Shown in pieces: positions 35,375 to 45,448 of a stretch of 64,000 nucleotides of DNA; positions within the stretch are counted from its first letter, which is position 1, and every line of letters begins with the position of its first letter. The stretch is taken from contig JAFUOQ010000015.1 in the NCBI GenBank assembly GCA_017472695.1, forward strand, positions 388 to 64,387, in the 5' to 3' direction. Made by a program: the position numbers and the translations under genes. The DNA is from Clostridia bacterium. GTDB taxonomy: Bacteria > Bacillota > Clostridia > Oscillospirales > CAG-272. The notes beneath the pieces were generated by a model. That model worked only from the letters and a program-made list of their open reading frames with translations, was not told the origin of the DNA and searched no databases.

Positions 35375-37879
35375 TTATAAGCTGGAGGGGTTGAAGTCAA
35401 TAGAGATAAAGCATTTCTCTATTCCCCTTGAGCTTTCTTTATATATCCTTGAAAATAGTTCACGCAAGGCATTATTTAGCTTGCATTTTATAATAATACG
35501 CTTTCTGTATCTGCCCTGCGTTTTGTAAATCGGTGCTTCAAATGGTCCATATGCAATAGCCGGTAAGCCGAGCGACTTCATTTCCTTTTCAAGGGTGGTT
35601 ATTATATTTTTGGAAAAGCTATCTAAAACACTCTCGCTAGCTGATGTCATAGTGATAAGAGCTATATCGCAGAACGGTGGGAATTGATAAGCCTTTCTTA
35701 CTTGAATTTCGTTTTCATAAAAGGATTCATAATCCTGTCTTTTAGCAAGCTGTATTGTTTGGTCATTAGGTGAGCTTGTCTGAATGATAGCAACACCCTT
35801 ATCCTTGGCTCTACCTGCACGCCCTACAACTTGTGTGAGCATAGAAAAGGTGCGCTCTGCTGCGCGAAAATCACTTGTATAAAGCATAGTGTCAGCAGAA
35901 AGAACTCCAACCAAGGTAACAAGTGGGAAGTTGTGTCCCTTTGTGACCATTTGTGTGCCAATCAATGTATCTGCTTTTTTACTTCTAAAATCCCCTAAAA
36001 TTTGCTCATACGAGGATTTAGAGGTTGTGGTATCGGCATCAAGACGCAAGGTGGTTACGTTTGGAATAAGCTTAAAGAGCTCCTCCTCAACCTTTTGCGT
36101 TCCGTAGCCAACATAATTAAAATTACTCTCACCACATTTGCATTTTTGAGGAACTCTTGTCCTATATCCACAATAGTGACAACGCAAGGTTCCGCTTCTT
36201 TCAATTATCTCGTGTGCATTTTCAGGAGTTAATTCCTCGTCAATTTTCTTATATGAATGATAGGTTAAGGCGACAGAGCAATTTGGGCACTCCAAAGCCT
36301 CGCCACAGCTTTGGCAAGAAATTGAAGAGTGGTATCCACGTCTATTCAAAAACAGGATGGATTGCTTTTTGTCCTCTTTCGTTCTTAATAAATATTCTGC
36401 AAGCTTAATGCTATAAGGACTTGCGTTTCCTCTAGCCCTCTCCTTGCGCATATCTGTGATTATTACATCAGGCAAGGTTGCCTCACCATATCTTGACATC
36501 ATTTTTACAAGAGTATATGTGCCCTCCTTTGCCTTATAAAAGGATTCAAGTGAGGGAGTGGCTGATGCCAAAAGCATAAGTGCGTTAGATTTTGCACATC
36601 TGAACCTTGCAATATCGTGTGTGCTATATTTAGGGTTTGTGTCCGATTTATATGTATGCTCCTGTTCCTCGTCAATAACTATCATGCCAAGATTCTTGAC
36701 AGGTGCAAAGACGGCAGAGCGCGTGCCTATTACAATACTAGCCTCTCCATCTGCAATCCTTTTATAGGTGTCAAAGCGCTCACCCGCTGAAAGAGATGAA
36801 TGGATTACTGCAACGCGATCCTTATAATATGAGCAAAAAACAGACACAGTCTGTGGGGTAAGTGAAATTTCAGGCACAAGGATTATTACACCTCTGCCGT
36901 CATTTATCACCTCATCTATCATTTTTTTGATTACGCTTGTTTTTCCGCTTCCTGTGACGCCAAACAAAAGCGCAGCCCTTGGCTCCTTTGTAAAATAAAG
37001 CTCCTTTAAGGTGTTAAATGCTTCCATCTGACCTTTATTTAATTCTATTGGTGCTTCCTCTTTTGATTCGCCCTTCAATAAAGCATATGGGTCACGATAA
37101 AGCTCTACCTTATAGGTATTTACAAGCTCTTTTTTAATTAGCGCGTTGATGTGGCTCTTTTGAGCATCGCACGTTTCGTAAATTTGCTTATCAGAAAGCT
37201 CGTCGTACTCACATAGCAAGCGCAAAATATCTGCATGCTTTTTACTTCTTAATTTTATTTGTGAGCCGCCATCGGCAATCAATAGCGCCTCGTCCTTTGA
37301 AACTGCTAAATTAACACGAACCTCGTACTTATTTTTGTCCTTTTCCTCAACAAAGGTTTCCTTCCTTATCAAGCCTTCTCTTATAAGCCTTGTTAGATAT
37401 TGTTGAGAATCACCAAAGCTTTCGCTAATTTTTTTATAGTTAACACCATTTTTATCGGCTATAAAATCATATAGCTCCTTTAGGTATTCCTCAACTTTTT
37501 TGTTTTGGTCTGTTACAAAAAAGCGCTCCTCTGTTTTTGCCATAATAGCAGACGGAATAATACATTTAACCGCCTCGCCAATTGTACACAGGGTGCGATT
37601 TTTCATAAAAAAGCATAACTGAAGCATTTCAGCATCTAGCTTTAAATATGAAGATAGAACTGACTTTATTGGCTTGATTCGTGAGCTTTTTGGTGCTTCG
37701 CTTAAATCTGCTTCGCAAACAATAGCACTCTTGTGTCTATCCGATTTTCCAAATGGAACGACAACCATACTGCCGATTTCAATATCAGCTCTAAAATCAA
37801 GGGGGACATAATAGGTATACTCGCAGTCGGCGTTATATGGTACGTCGAGGATATGAACCTTAATATATTCGCCACACAT
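35375..37879 (-). CDS. priA: Primosomal protein N' (replication restart helicase)
   Basis: GVTGSGKT, DEEQEHTYK, Cys-rich zinc region CQSCGEALECPNC. Confidence 0.9.
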   Translation of the reverse strand: MCGEYIKVHILDVPYNADCEYTYYVPLDFRADIEIGSMVVVPFGKSDRHKSAIVCEADLSEAPKSSRIKPIKSVLSSYLKLDAEMLQLCFFMKNRTLCTIGEAVKCIIPSAIMAKTEERFFVTDQNKKVEEYLKELYDFIADKNGVNYKKISESFGDSQQYLTRLIREGLIRKETFVEEKDKNKYEVRVNLAVSKDEALLIADGGSQIKLRSKKHADILRLLCEYDELSDKQIYETCDAQKSHINALIKKELVNTYKVELYRDPYALLKGESKEEAPIELNKGQMEAFNTLKELYFTKEPRAALLFGVTGSGKTSVIKKMIDEVINDGRGVIILVPEISLTPQTVSVFCSYYKDRVAVIHSSLSAGERFDTYKRIADGEASIVIGTRSAVFAPVKNLGMIVIDEEQEHTYKSDTNPKYSTHDIARFRCAKSNALMLLASATPSLESFYKAKEGTYTLVKMMSRYGEATLPDVIITDMRKERARGNASPYSIKLAEYLLRTKEDKKQSILFLNRRGYHSSISCQSCGEALECPNCSVALTYHSYKKIDEELTPENAHEIIERSGTLRCHYCGYRTRVPQKCKCGESNFNYVGYGTQKVEEELFKLIPNVTTLRLDADTTTSKSSYEQILGDFRSKKADTLIGTQMVTKGHNFPLVTLVGVLSADTMLYTSDFRAAERTFSMLTQVVGRAGRAKDKGVAIIQTSSPNDQTIQLAKRQDYESFYENEIQVRKAYQFPPFCDIALITMTSASESVLDSFSKNIITTLEKEMKSLGLPAIAYGPFEAPIYKTQGRYRKRIIIKCKLNNALRELFSRIYKESSRGIEKCFISIDFNPSSL

Positions 37880-37942
37880 AATTACGCCTCCTCTAATCTA
37901 GTTACCCATTTCCAAAAGGTGGGTTCGCTTTGAATTTTAAGC

Positions 37943-38440
37943 TTATTCAGCGTCCTCTACGCTAAAGCCCTCGTCGTTTTCAAAAACGTCTGTAGCTCCC
38001 ATTAATTCCTCGGTTGAAGCATCGTCCTCGTCAAATTCCTCATCATCGAAATCGTCAAAGTCCTCTTCCTCGTTCTCGTTCTTTTCAACCTCTAGTCTTA
38101 CAGGCTTGAAGTAAACAGGCTCCTCCTTTGGCTCAACATAGTTCTCAATTTCTACCATTGAGTCCTCATAGCCCTCTTCACCAGGAAGGTAGATTTCAAA
38201 TTCTCCGTCCTTCATCTCGCGAAGAGCATTTTTAACACTCTTTTCGTCCCTGTATTCCTTCTTTACTAGACCCTCGCCTTCCTTGCCCTTTTTGTTGGCA
38301 TAGTAGCTTTGCTCCGCGTACTCGTTTGTAATTACGCGAGCGCATTTGGCGGTTGCCATAGTGATAGAATATTTGTTAAGTCTTTCCTCACCGTCTTTTT
38401 CGGTAGCCTTTAATAATTCTTGAATTGATGGATAAAGCAT
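37943..38440 (-). CDS. rpoZ: RNA polymerase omega subunit with a long acidic C-terminal extension (165 aa)
   Basis: MLYPSIQELL...NKYSITMATAKCARVI resembles the omega N-terminus. It sits in the conserved gmk-rpoZ position. The tail is rich in D/E (EEEDFDDFDDEEFDEDD). Confidence 0.6.
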   Translation of the reverse strand: MLYPSIQELLKATEKDGEERLNKYSITMATAKCARVITNEYAEQSYYANKKGKEGEGLVKKEYRDEKSVKNALREMKDGEFEIYLPGEEGYEDSMVEIENYVEPKEEPVYFKPVRLEVEKNENEEEDFDDFDDEEFDEDDASTEELMGATDVFENDEGFSVEDAE

Positions 38441-38455
38441 TGTTTTTCTCCTAAC

Positions 38456-39061
38456 TTATATAAATTTTTCAATAATTGATCTTGTGTAAATTGTTTTTTT
38501 GTGCTCTGCTCTGATAATGCCATAAATATCCTCGGCACACTTGTTAGCGCCACCGTCCTCGTTTATTACAGCATAGTCATATTCAGGCATTAATTTAATT
38601 TCTTCCTTGGCTCTCTCTAGTCGCCAGCTGATAACATCCTCGGTTTCTGTACCTCTTCCACGAAGTCTGTTTTCAAGCACCTCGGCATTTGGTGGAGTTA
38701 GCATAATAGCAACCGCACCATTGATTTTTTTCTTTATCTGCATAGCGCCGTCAACCTCAATTTCAAGGATAACATCATATCCCTGTGCCATAGCCTCCTC
38801 AACCTCCTTTAGAGGTGTGCCATAGTAATTTGAGCCGTATGTTGTATATTCAAGCATTTTACCGCTTGATATTCTATCTTCAAATTCCTCTTTTGTGATG
38901 AAGTAATAATGAACCCCATCGCTCTCACCTGGGCGAGGAGACCTTGTTGTTGCGGATATGGAGAGCTTTAATTCTGGATGAGCATGTAAAAGCTCATTTA
39001 CAACCGTGCCCTTGCCACTACCGGCGGGACCAGATATGATAAATAAAAGTCCTTTTTTCAT
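38456..39061 (-). CDS. gmk: Guanylate kinase
   Basis: GPAGSGKGT P-loop, ...SATTRSPRPGE..GVHYYF. Confidence 0.92.
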   Translation of the reverse strand: MKKGLLFIISGPAGSGKGTVVNELLHAHPELKLSISATTRSPRPGESDGVHYYFITKEEFEDRISSGKMLEYTTYGSNYYGTPLKEVEEAMAQGYDVILEIEVDGAMQIKKKINGAVAIMLTPPNAEVLENRLRGRGTETEDVISWRLERAKEEIKLMPEYDYAVINEDGGANKCAEDIYGIIRAEHKKTIYTRSIIEKFI

Positions 39062-39321
39062 TTCTCTTCTCCATTATTGTCATTTTTATTGTCGTTTAGT
39101 CTACTTGCCAAGACTTCAGCCGAGAGAGCGCATAAAACAACATGGTCAGAATCAGTAATAATGACACATTTAGTACGTCTACCACCTGTACAGTCGATTA
39201 TACGCATATTTTCCTTTGCCTCAGCTACTATTCTTTTGGCAGGAGCTGAATCTGGGGAAACCACTGCGACTATCCTTTGGTCAAGGAGCATATTGTTAAA
39301 TCCTATATTTACAAATTTCAT
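39058..39321 (-). CDS. remA: RemA/DUF370 family regulator
   Basis: MKFVNIGFNNMLLDQRIVAVVSPDSAPAKRIV...GGRRTKCVIITDSDHVVL. Confidence 0.85.
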   Translation of the reverse strand: MKFVNIGFNNMLLDQRIVAVVSPDSAPAKRIVAEAKENMRIIDCTGGRRTKCVIITDSDHVVLCALSAEVLASRLNDNKNDNNGEEK

Positions 39322-39326
39322 AGCGT

Positions 39327-40214
39327 TTACTCGATATTTTGGATTTGTTCTCTGATTTTTTCGAGCTCGTTTTTAATATTAACAACCAAATGAGCTGTGC
39401 TAGTGTTTGAAGCCTTTGAGCCGATTGTATTAGTTTCTCTATTCATTTCCTGAAGCAAGAAATCAAGCTTTCTGCCCGCTGGCTCATTTGATTTAACAAT
39501 TTCGTTAAATGCATCAAAATGGCTATTAAGTCTTACAAGCTCCTCATCGATTGCAACCTTATCCGCAAAAATCGCAACCTCTGTAAGAATTCTTTGTTCG
39601 TCTATTTGTACGGAATTATCGTTTAAGAATTTAAGTATTCTTTCCTCAAGCTTTGATGCGTAGCCCTTTATATCGCTTTCGGAATTCTTTTCAATAACCT
39701 TTAGGTATTCCTTGATATTCTCAATTTTTTCAACTATATTTGCGTGTAGATTTTCGCCCTCCGCCTCGCGCCTTTCAAGGAAGGTTTCAAGTGCCTTATC
39801 TAAAACAGCCTTAATGTCTGCCCAGTCCTTTTCGATATCGTCATCTGGCTTTTTAACAGTGAAAATATCCTTGTTTGCCGCAACTCGGGAAACTGTAATA
39901 TCGTCCTTTAAATCAAAAGTGTCGCGAAGCTTACAGAGTGCATCGATATAAGATTTTGCATAAGCAGTATCGAGATTGATTTCTACTCCGTCCTGCTCCA
40001 AAAGATCAATTGATACATAAACCTCAACCTTTCCGCGAGAGATGCCCTTTGCCTGAAGGTATTGTTTAATTTTGTCCTCCAAAAAGCTATAAAGCTTAGT
40101 GATCTTAACCGAGCAATCATAGTATCTGTTGTTTACGGATTTAATTTCGGCAACTATATCCTTGCCATTCACCGTTTCTCTTGCTCTGCCAAAGGCAGTC
40201 ATACTTCTAAACAT
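39327..40214 (-). CDS. YicC-family stress-induced protein (putative endoribonuclease)
   Basis: MFRSMTAFGRA start and C-terminal ...GRKLDFLLQEMNRETNTIGSK motif. Start taken at 40214 rather than 40247. Confidence 0.85.
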   Translation of the reverse strand: MFRSMTAFGRARETVNGKDIVAEIKSVNNRYYDCSVKITKLYSFLEDKIKQYLQAKGISRGKVEVYVSIDLLEQDGVEINLDTAYAKSYIDALCKLRDTFDLKDDITVSRVAANKDIFTVKKPDDDIEKDWADIKAVLDKALETFLERREAEGENLHANIVEKIENIKEYLKVIEKNSESDIKGYASKLEERILKFLNDNSVQIDEQRILTEVAIFADKVAIDEELVRLNSHFDAFNEIVKSNEPAGRKLDFLLQEMNRETNTIGSKASNTSTAHLVVNIKNELEKIREQIQNIE

Positions 40215-40383
40215 ATTTTCCGTCCTTATCCATTTTATATTATACATAAATATTTATACATATTAATTGTACATTATGTAGAGAAAGTTTGTCAACTTTT
40301 TTGATATATTATCGTATAAATAAACAAAATCACGACTAAAAAGTCGTGATTTTTGTGCATTTTCACATATAATATAGTGCGCA

Positions 40384-40905
40384 TTATTTAAAAAATCTAT
40401 CGATTTTGAGCATATGACGCAGCTTGAACTGATAGTAGCGCTTGAATCTCAAAAGCGTCATATCAAATAGAACTATTATCACAATAAACAAAGCAAGGTA
40501 AACAAGGAAGAAATAAGGCTCTGTTAGTGGTGTGATAAAGAAGTACATAAGAAGAACCGTACCACAGCTTGCAACAACCGTGTAAACAGATTTTAAAAGA
40601 TAAGATATAACCTTTGGCGCTTTTTCGATAAGTGGTTTAATGATTGGATAAAGTGCAAACACTGCATATTCAATTGCTGGTAAAAGGCTACCGAACGATA
40701 CAAAAAGAACAGAAATTATAACTGTTGCAAAATACACCATCAAGGATTTTGCCTTCAATTCCTCGTTTGCAATAAAAAGTAGCAATGAGGCAATTATTGC
40801 AGATGTAATATCGAAGACCTCGATTATTGAGCCAAGCATCAAAAACACGACACTCAATGCGCAAATCATACCAAGAAAAGCAACTTCTCTAGTTTTTTTC
40901 ATCAT
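40384..40905 (-). CDS. Polytopic membrane protein of unknown function (173 aa)
   Basis: About 5 hydrophobic segments. Its start overlaps the stop of the J-domain gene, suggesting translational coupling. Confidence 0.6.
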   Translation of the reverse strand: MMKKTREVAFLGMICALSVVFLMLGSIIEVFDITSAIIASLLLFIANEELKAKSLMVYFATVIISVLFVSFGSLLPAIEYAVFALYPIIKPLIEKAPKVISYLLKSVYTVVASCGTVLLMYFFITPLTEPYFFLVYLALFIVIIVLFDMTLLRFKRYYQFKLRHMLKIDRFFK

Positions 40906-41483
40906 TATCTACACATACAATCAAGACAGATAAGGAATGAACAAATATCACAAAGCGAGCATCCGCCTGACTCTCTTGAGCTGGGGTTTCCGTAGGCATT
41001 TGATTGAGCGCGTAAATTATCGCGCAGGGTTGTGTATTCTTGATTGTTAGGGTCAAGCTCGCATGCGCGATTGATATATCTGATAGCATCGAAATGGTAT
41101 CCGCTATGAAGAAGCACACAGCCCTTCAAAAAGAACCATTCCGCATCTCTTTTATATTGCTCAATTTCATTGAGCATTTGTTCAGCTGCTCTAAAGTCAT
41201 TAGCGTTGATCGCTTGCCTAATTTTTACATATTCCTCACGCCATGTACCGCTGTTCTGTTGAGATGAACCAGTCTTTTGACCATTCTTCTCCTCGGCTCT
41301 TTGGCGAAGAATCTCGTCGTAGGCTGCGTTAATCTCCTTCATTTTTTCCTCTGCCATATCAGCTAAAGGACTATCGGCATAGTTGTCAGGATGATATTTT
41401 TTTGCAAGTGCTCTGTAAGCATCTCTAATCTCTTCATTAGTAGCACTTGGTGAAATGCCAAGCACATCATAAGGATTTTTCAT
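40905..41483 (-). CDS. J-domain protein with a helical/TPR-like middle region and a Cys-rich hydrophobic C-terminus
   Basis: [30 protein letters not shown] contains the HPD motif. The C-terminus is [20 protein letters not shown]. Confidence 0.8.
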   Translation of the reverse strand: MKNPYDVLGISPSATNEEIRDAYRALAKKYHPDNYADSPLADMAEEKMKEINAAYDEILRQRAEEKNGQKTGSSQQNSGTWREEYVKIRQAINANDFRAAEQMLNEIEQYKRDAEWFFLKGCVLLHSGYHFDAIRYINRACELDPNNQEYTTLRDNLRAQSNAYGNPSSRESGGCSLCDICSFLICLDCMCR

Positions 41484-41589
41484 TTAAATTCCTCCAAATG
41501 AACATTTTTACTATTGTAACATAATTTTTAATTAAAGTAAAGTAAAAAGCAAAAGTTCTTAAAATTTTCAGCTGTCTATCAAATTGTTA

Positions 41590-42435
41590 TCAAATTTTGA
41601 GTATTTTCTCAATTTGATCGGGCATACCTATGTAGGTGATATTTTTAAGTATTCTTTCGACATCCTTGTAGCCTGAAAAATCCAAAAGCTCGACACTCCT
41701 CGACATTTTTTCAAGCTCTAGAGTCATTGAGCAATGTAAAATTTCCTTTGTTTCGTCGGTAATATTATTGCCAAACGCATTTTTTATAACATTAAAAGAA
41801 TCAGTTTTTTTATCACTCTCAAAATCGTCACAAGCATCAATAATATAGATAAGCTTTCCAAGGTGAAAGGCAATATCATAAACAATTCTTGAGGTTGGAC
41901 CTTCAATTCCAAAGGAAGCTAAATAGCCAAGCAAATCTCCAAAGGTGTTTGCAGTTTTATCAAGCGAGTCGGAGTTTTCCTTTTCAAGCATAGTTAATTC
42001 GTCAATGCAAGCATTGATTTTTTCTTGTAATGGAATAAGATTTTTAGGTGCTTTTTTTAAAAAAACAGACACTAGTCCCACTATTTTCGCCTTTATACGT
42101 GCCAAGCCTCTTGAGTCATTTATATTATCCTTGAGCTTAGATTTTGTCAAAATTACACCTGCTCTTGCACTAAATTTAAGTGATTCATTCGGCTCAAGCA
42201 TAGGTCTTTTTTTGAAAGGATGAACAAGGCATCGGCGCATTTTAACTTCTGCCTTTTCACCCATTGAAGCCATTCTTAAAAGAGCAAGAAACACAAAATC
42301 ATAGCTCAATGTAAATTTTGATACACAACCGGTATTCTTACCCATTGTGCGACACAGCCCACAATAGGTAGCTTTATAAAGCTCGTGGTCGCGAACCTTT
42401 AGCTCTGGTACGCACGGCTTGACATATCCAAACAT
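41590..42435 (-). CDS. Hypothetical protein, probably DUF5685 family
   Basis: N-terminus MFGYVKPCVPELKVRDHELYKATYCGLCRTMGK...LSYDFVFLALL matches my memory of DUF5685 (unverified). Confidence 0.55.
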   Translation of the reverse strand: MFGYVKPCVPELKVRDHELYKATYCGLCRTMGKNTGCVSKFTLSYDFVFLALLRMASMGEKAEVKMRRCLVHPFKKRPMLEPNESLKFSARAGVILTKSKLKDNINDSRGLARIKAKIVGLVSVFLKKAPKNLIPLQEKINACIDELTMLEKENSDSLDKTANTFGDLLGYLASFGIEGPTSRIVYDIAFHLGKLIYIIDACDDFESDKKTDSFNVIKNAFGNNITDETKEILHCSMTLELEKMSRSVELLDFSGYKDVERILKNITYIGMPDQIEKILKI

Positions 42436-42594
42436 ATTTCCTGCCTCCTTTAATTATACATACACTGTATATTTTACTACTTTCGCTTTATTTTTTCAAG
42501 CATATTACAATTTTTTTACAAATCAAAAGACACAGGTATAGCGTTTTTCGTTTTTTAGCCACCCTGTGTCTAATTTTTAATTATTTTTAAGGAG

Positions 42595-43194
42595 CTAGTA
42601 TTCAACACCAAATGCGTCTGCTGCAACCTCTAAAATTTTGAACTTGATTTTGTATTTTCCTGTGCTTTGAGTTATCAAGCTATATTGATCCTTGGTAAGT
42701 CCTACATCAATATATGCCTCATCATCATATTTTATGGCTGAGGAGGTGCATAATGGTGGATATAAAACACACCACCAATTTTCTCCCGCTCCCTCACCTA
42801 TCAAAACTCTTACAGAGGTGTAGCTGCCAGCGGGCAAGGAAAAATCCTCGTAATATCTTGTTGGATAGTCCTCAACGCCAATTTCGATGTTTACATCGTA
42901 ATCAAAACCGTTTTCCTCCAAGGTGGTTTTGGCTATCTCAATTAGCTCATCCTTGTCTTCTTCAATTTTTAAAAGTGCCTTCTCCTTACTTTCTGCCTCA
43001 TATGTGGATATTTTTTCTAGCATTTTATCTCTAACCTTGAGCTTTACCTCTTGGTCGCTTTCACTATTTGAATTTGCTAGAATATGAAGCCTAACACAAG
43101 AATCATAAATTTCACATTCCTCACTTGTGGGAATTATCGCATTTAATGTAAAAAAGGTTGCCACTGAAATAAGTATTGTCGCTATTATTTTCAT
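42595..43194 (-). CDS. spoIIR: Stage II sporulation protein R
   Basis: Signal anchor, then VRLHILANSNSESDQEVKLKVRD and NWWCVLYPPLC motifs. Confidence 0.88.
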   Translation of the reverse strand: MKIIATILISVATFFTLNAIIPTSEECEIYDSCVRLHILANSNSESDQEVKLKVRDKMLEKISTYEAESKEKALLKIEEDKDELIEIAKTTLEENGFDYDVNIEIGVEDYPTRYYEDFSLPAGSYTSVRVLIGEGAGENWWCVLYPPLCTSSAIKYDDEAYIDVGLTKDQYSLITQSTGKYKIKFKILEVAADAFGVEY

Positions 43195-43294
43195 TTTAAT
43201 TCCTCCAATTTGAATTATTATTTACCAAACAGCACAATACTATTCAAAAATGCAATATTAATCGTTTTTTAGTTTGTAAATTTTTCCAAAGGTA

Positions 43295-43323
43295 TTGATT
43301 TTATATATATATTGTGATAAAAT
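43295..43323 (+). promoter_or_regulatory. Sigma-A type promoter for pfkA
   Basis: TTGATT (43295-43300), 17 nt, TAAAAT (43318-43323), with TG at -15/-14. Confidence 0.5.
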
Positions 43324-43359
43324 AACTAGGATTTAAAGTTCTTTATAAAGGAGTTTAAA

Positions 43360-44427
43360 ATGGAAAACAAATTTAGAAAAATTGGTATATTAACTTCAGG
43401 CGGAGATGCACCCGGAATGAACGCTGTAATCAAAAGCGTTACCTGCGCAGCTATAAACAAAGGCGTCGAGGTTGTTGGAATTTTAGGTGGCTATTCTGGT
43501 CTTATAAACGATAAAATCCGTCCACTTACAAAAAATGATGTTGCTGGCATAGTTTCACTTGGTGGCACATTCCTCTACTCTGACCGTTGCGACGAGTTCA
43601 AGACCGAGGAGGGTATGCAAAAAGCAATCGCAACTTGTAAAAAACACAACATAGACGGCATTATCGCTATCGGTGGTGATGGAACATTCAGAGGTGCTAC
43701 TGACCTTAGCATTCGTGGTATTCCTTGCATCGGTGTTTCTGGCACTATTGACAACGATATTACTGCATCAGACATCACTGTTGGCTATGACACTGCTATG
43801 AACACTGTTATGAAGCTTGGTGACGCTCTTCGCGATACATGTGAGTCACATGCTCGTTGCAATGTTATTGAGGTTATGGGACGCAATGCTGGTTATATTG
43901 CTATTGAAACAGGTCTCGCTCTTAATGCAATCGGTGTTGCAGTTCAAGAAATTGAATTTGACAAGGAGGCTCTTTATAAGAGAATGCGCGATGCACGTGA
44001 TAACGGAAAGCGTAGCTTCATTGTAGTAGTTGCTGAAGGTCTCGGCGCTGAATTTAGTGAGAGTCTTGTAAATGAAATCAAGGAGAATACTGGAATCGAA
44101 ACTAGATTTGTTCGCCCTGCTCACATTGTTCGTGGTGGAATCCCAACACTTGCTGACAGAAACTTTGCTGCAAAATGCGGTTATAAGGCTGTTGACTTGC
44201 TCCTCGATGGTGTAAGCGATGTTGTTATCGTTTCACGCCATGACAATATAACCTCTATGGAAATCAAGTTTGCTCTTATCCTCGACAGAATGTATAAGAA
44301 TAAATTAAAGGATGACGACCTCGAAGGCTTCACAACCGAGCAAATCAAGGAAATGAAAGCAATTTGCAAGGAAAGACATGACTATTTCGTAAATATGTAC
44401 GAGGTTGTTAACGCAATTGGTTATTAA
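43360..44427 (+). CDS. pfkA: ATP-dependent 6-phosphofructokinase
   Basis: GILTSGGDAPGMNA, IGGDGT (Gly at the E. coli 104 position), SGTIDND (Gly at the 124 position), MGRNAG. Confidence 0.9.
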   Translation: MENKFRKIGILTSGGDAPGMNAVIKSVTCAAINKGVEVVGILGGYSGLINDKIRPLTKNDVAGIVSLGGTFLYSDRCDEFKTEEGMQKAIATCKKHNIDGIIAIGGDGTFRGATDLSIRGIPCIGVSGTIDNDITASDITVGYDTAMNTVMKLGDALRDTCESHARCNVIEVMGRNAGYIAIETGLALNAIGVAVQEIEFDKEALYKRMRDARDNGKRSFIVVVAEGLGAEFSESLVNEIKENTGIETRFVRPAHIVRGGIPTLADRNFAAKCGYKAVDLLLDGVSDVVIVSRHDNITSMEIKFALILDRMYKNKLKDDDLEGFTTEQIKEMKAICKERHDYFVNMYEVVNAIGY

Positions 44428-44431
44428 ATTT

Positions 44432-44487
44432 AAAGCCCTCATTGAAGTGAACCCATTTAGTTCACATTTGAGGGCTTTTTATTTTTT
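44432..44487 (+). terminator. pfkA terminator with a second copy of the GTGAAC palindromic element (inverted orientation)
   Basis: Outer stem AAAGCCCTCA(44432-41)/TGAGGGCTTT(44469-78), inner stem GTGAAC(44447-52)/GTTCAC(44460-65), T-run after. Confidence 0.6.
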
Positions 44488-44494
44488 AGAGAAA

Positions 44495-44528
44495 GAAAAA
44501 ACTGCAACAAAATTGTTGCAGCTTTTTT
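44495..44528. terminator. Bidirectional intrinsic terminator
   Basis: CTGCAACA(44502-09)/TGTTGCAG(44514-21) stem, flanked by A6 and T6 runs. Confidence 0.65.
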
Positions 44529-44546
44529 GAAATTTGTTATGTAACC

Positions 44547-44744
44547 TTATGCCTTCTTTGGAAGGAAGAACATGAAAATTCCGCCGAGTAGGCTGCAGAA
44601 GAGGAGTGTCAAAACTGCCCAAACAACTGTAACCTCGCCTCTCTTGATCTTGCCAAGAGCGATAAAGCCGAATACGAGTGGGAGAATCATCCAGAAACCA
44701 CAAATCATACCAATGATAATAAAGATTTTTGCTGCTAATTCCAT
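44547..44744 (-). CDS. Small two-TM membrane protein (65 aa)
   Basis: Two hydrophobic helices, an AGGA RBS 7 nt upstream, its own promoter and terminator. Preferred over the overlapping 44479-44763 frame. Confidence 0.55.
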   Translation of the reverse strand: MELAAKIFIIIGMICGFWMILPLVFGFIALGKIKRGEVTVVWAVLTLLFCSLLGGIFMFFLPKKA

Positions 44745-44803
44745 AACTATTTCCTTTCTTCAAAATAAAATTTGGTTAAATACATTCATAATTAACCATT
44801 TAT

Positions 44804-44832
44804 AGTATATCACTATCAATTCAATTTGTCAA
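44804..44832 (-). promoter_or_regulatory. Sigma-A type promoter for the small membrane protein gene
   Basis: On the minus strand: TTGACA (44827-32), 17 nt, TATACT (44804-09). Confidence 0.5.
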
Positions 44833-44995
44833 TGCTTTTTGGTGATTTTTATAGACCTATAGCTTATAAAGACAATTTTTTGTATTATTTTCGTTGATTT
44901 TTAACCATAACCTTTATATAACGTGAATTTTTGTCAACGCTTTAAAAATTATAATAATTATGTTATGCTCATATGTTCATATATGTATGAAAGAT

Positions 44996-45023
44996 AAAAG
45001 GCGCTACGTAAGTAGCGCCTTTT
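44996..45023 (-). terminator. Terminator of the ribosomal alpha operon
   Basis: GGCGCTAC(45000-07)/GTAGCGCC(45012-19) stem with a GTAA loop, flanked by A and T runs, 10 nt after the rplQ stop. Confidence 0.7.
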
Positions 45024-45032
45024 TCAGCCTGA

Positions 45033-45377
45033 TTAGTCAGCAAGCTTAATGAGAGCCATTTCAGCGGCATCTCCACGTCTCGGACCGAGCTTATATACTT
45101 GAGTGTAACCACCTACACGATCAGCATATTTGGGAGCGATTACGTCAAAGAGCTTCTTAACTACATCTTCCTTTGTGATGTAAGCAAGAGCCTCTCTGCG
45201 AGCAGCAAGTGTATTCTTCTTACCGAGTGTTATCATTTTATCAGCAACACAACGAAGCTCCTTTGCTCTTGAAAGTGTTGTCTCAATTGAGCCTTTTTCA
45301 AGAAGCAATGTTACCATACCACGAAGCATAGCTGTTCTGTGGTCTGTTGTTCTGCCGAGTTTTCTTGTTCCTGGCAT
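45033..45377 (-). CDS. rplQ: 50S ribosomal protein L17
   Basis: Translation matches bL17; conserved position after rpoA. Confidence 0.95.
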   Translation of the reverse strand: MPGTRKLGRTTDHRTAMLRGMVTLLLEKGSIETTLSRAKELRCVADKMITLGKKNTLAARREALAYITKEDVVKKLFDVIAPKYADRVGGYTQVYKLGPRRGDAAEMALIKLAD

Positions 45378-45448
45378 TGATTTGTCCTCCTTTGCCGATT
45401 TTACCTTGCCATTATAAATGGCATATATGAGCTATTAGCTCTTAATTC

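Noticed and set aside
44479-44763. 94-aa minus-strand ORF overlapping the 65-aa membrane-protein ORF in another frame
   Set aside because: The 65-aa frame gives two clean TM helices and has an RBS at the correct distance. The 94-aa frame has neither.
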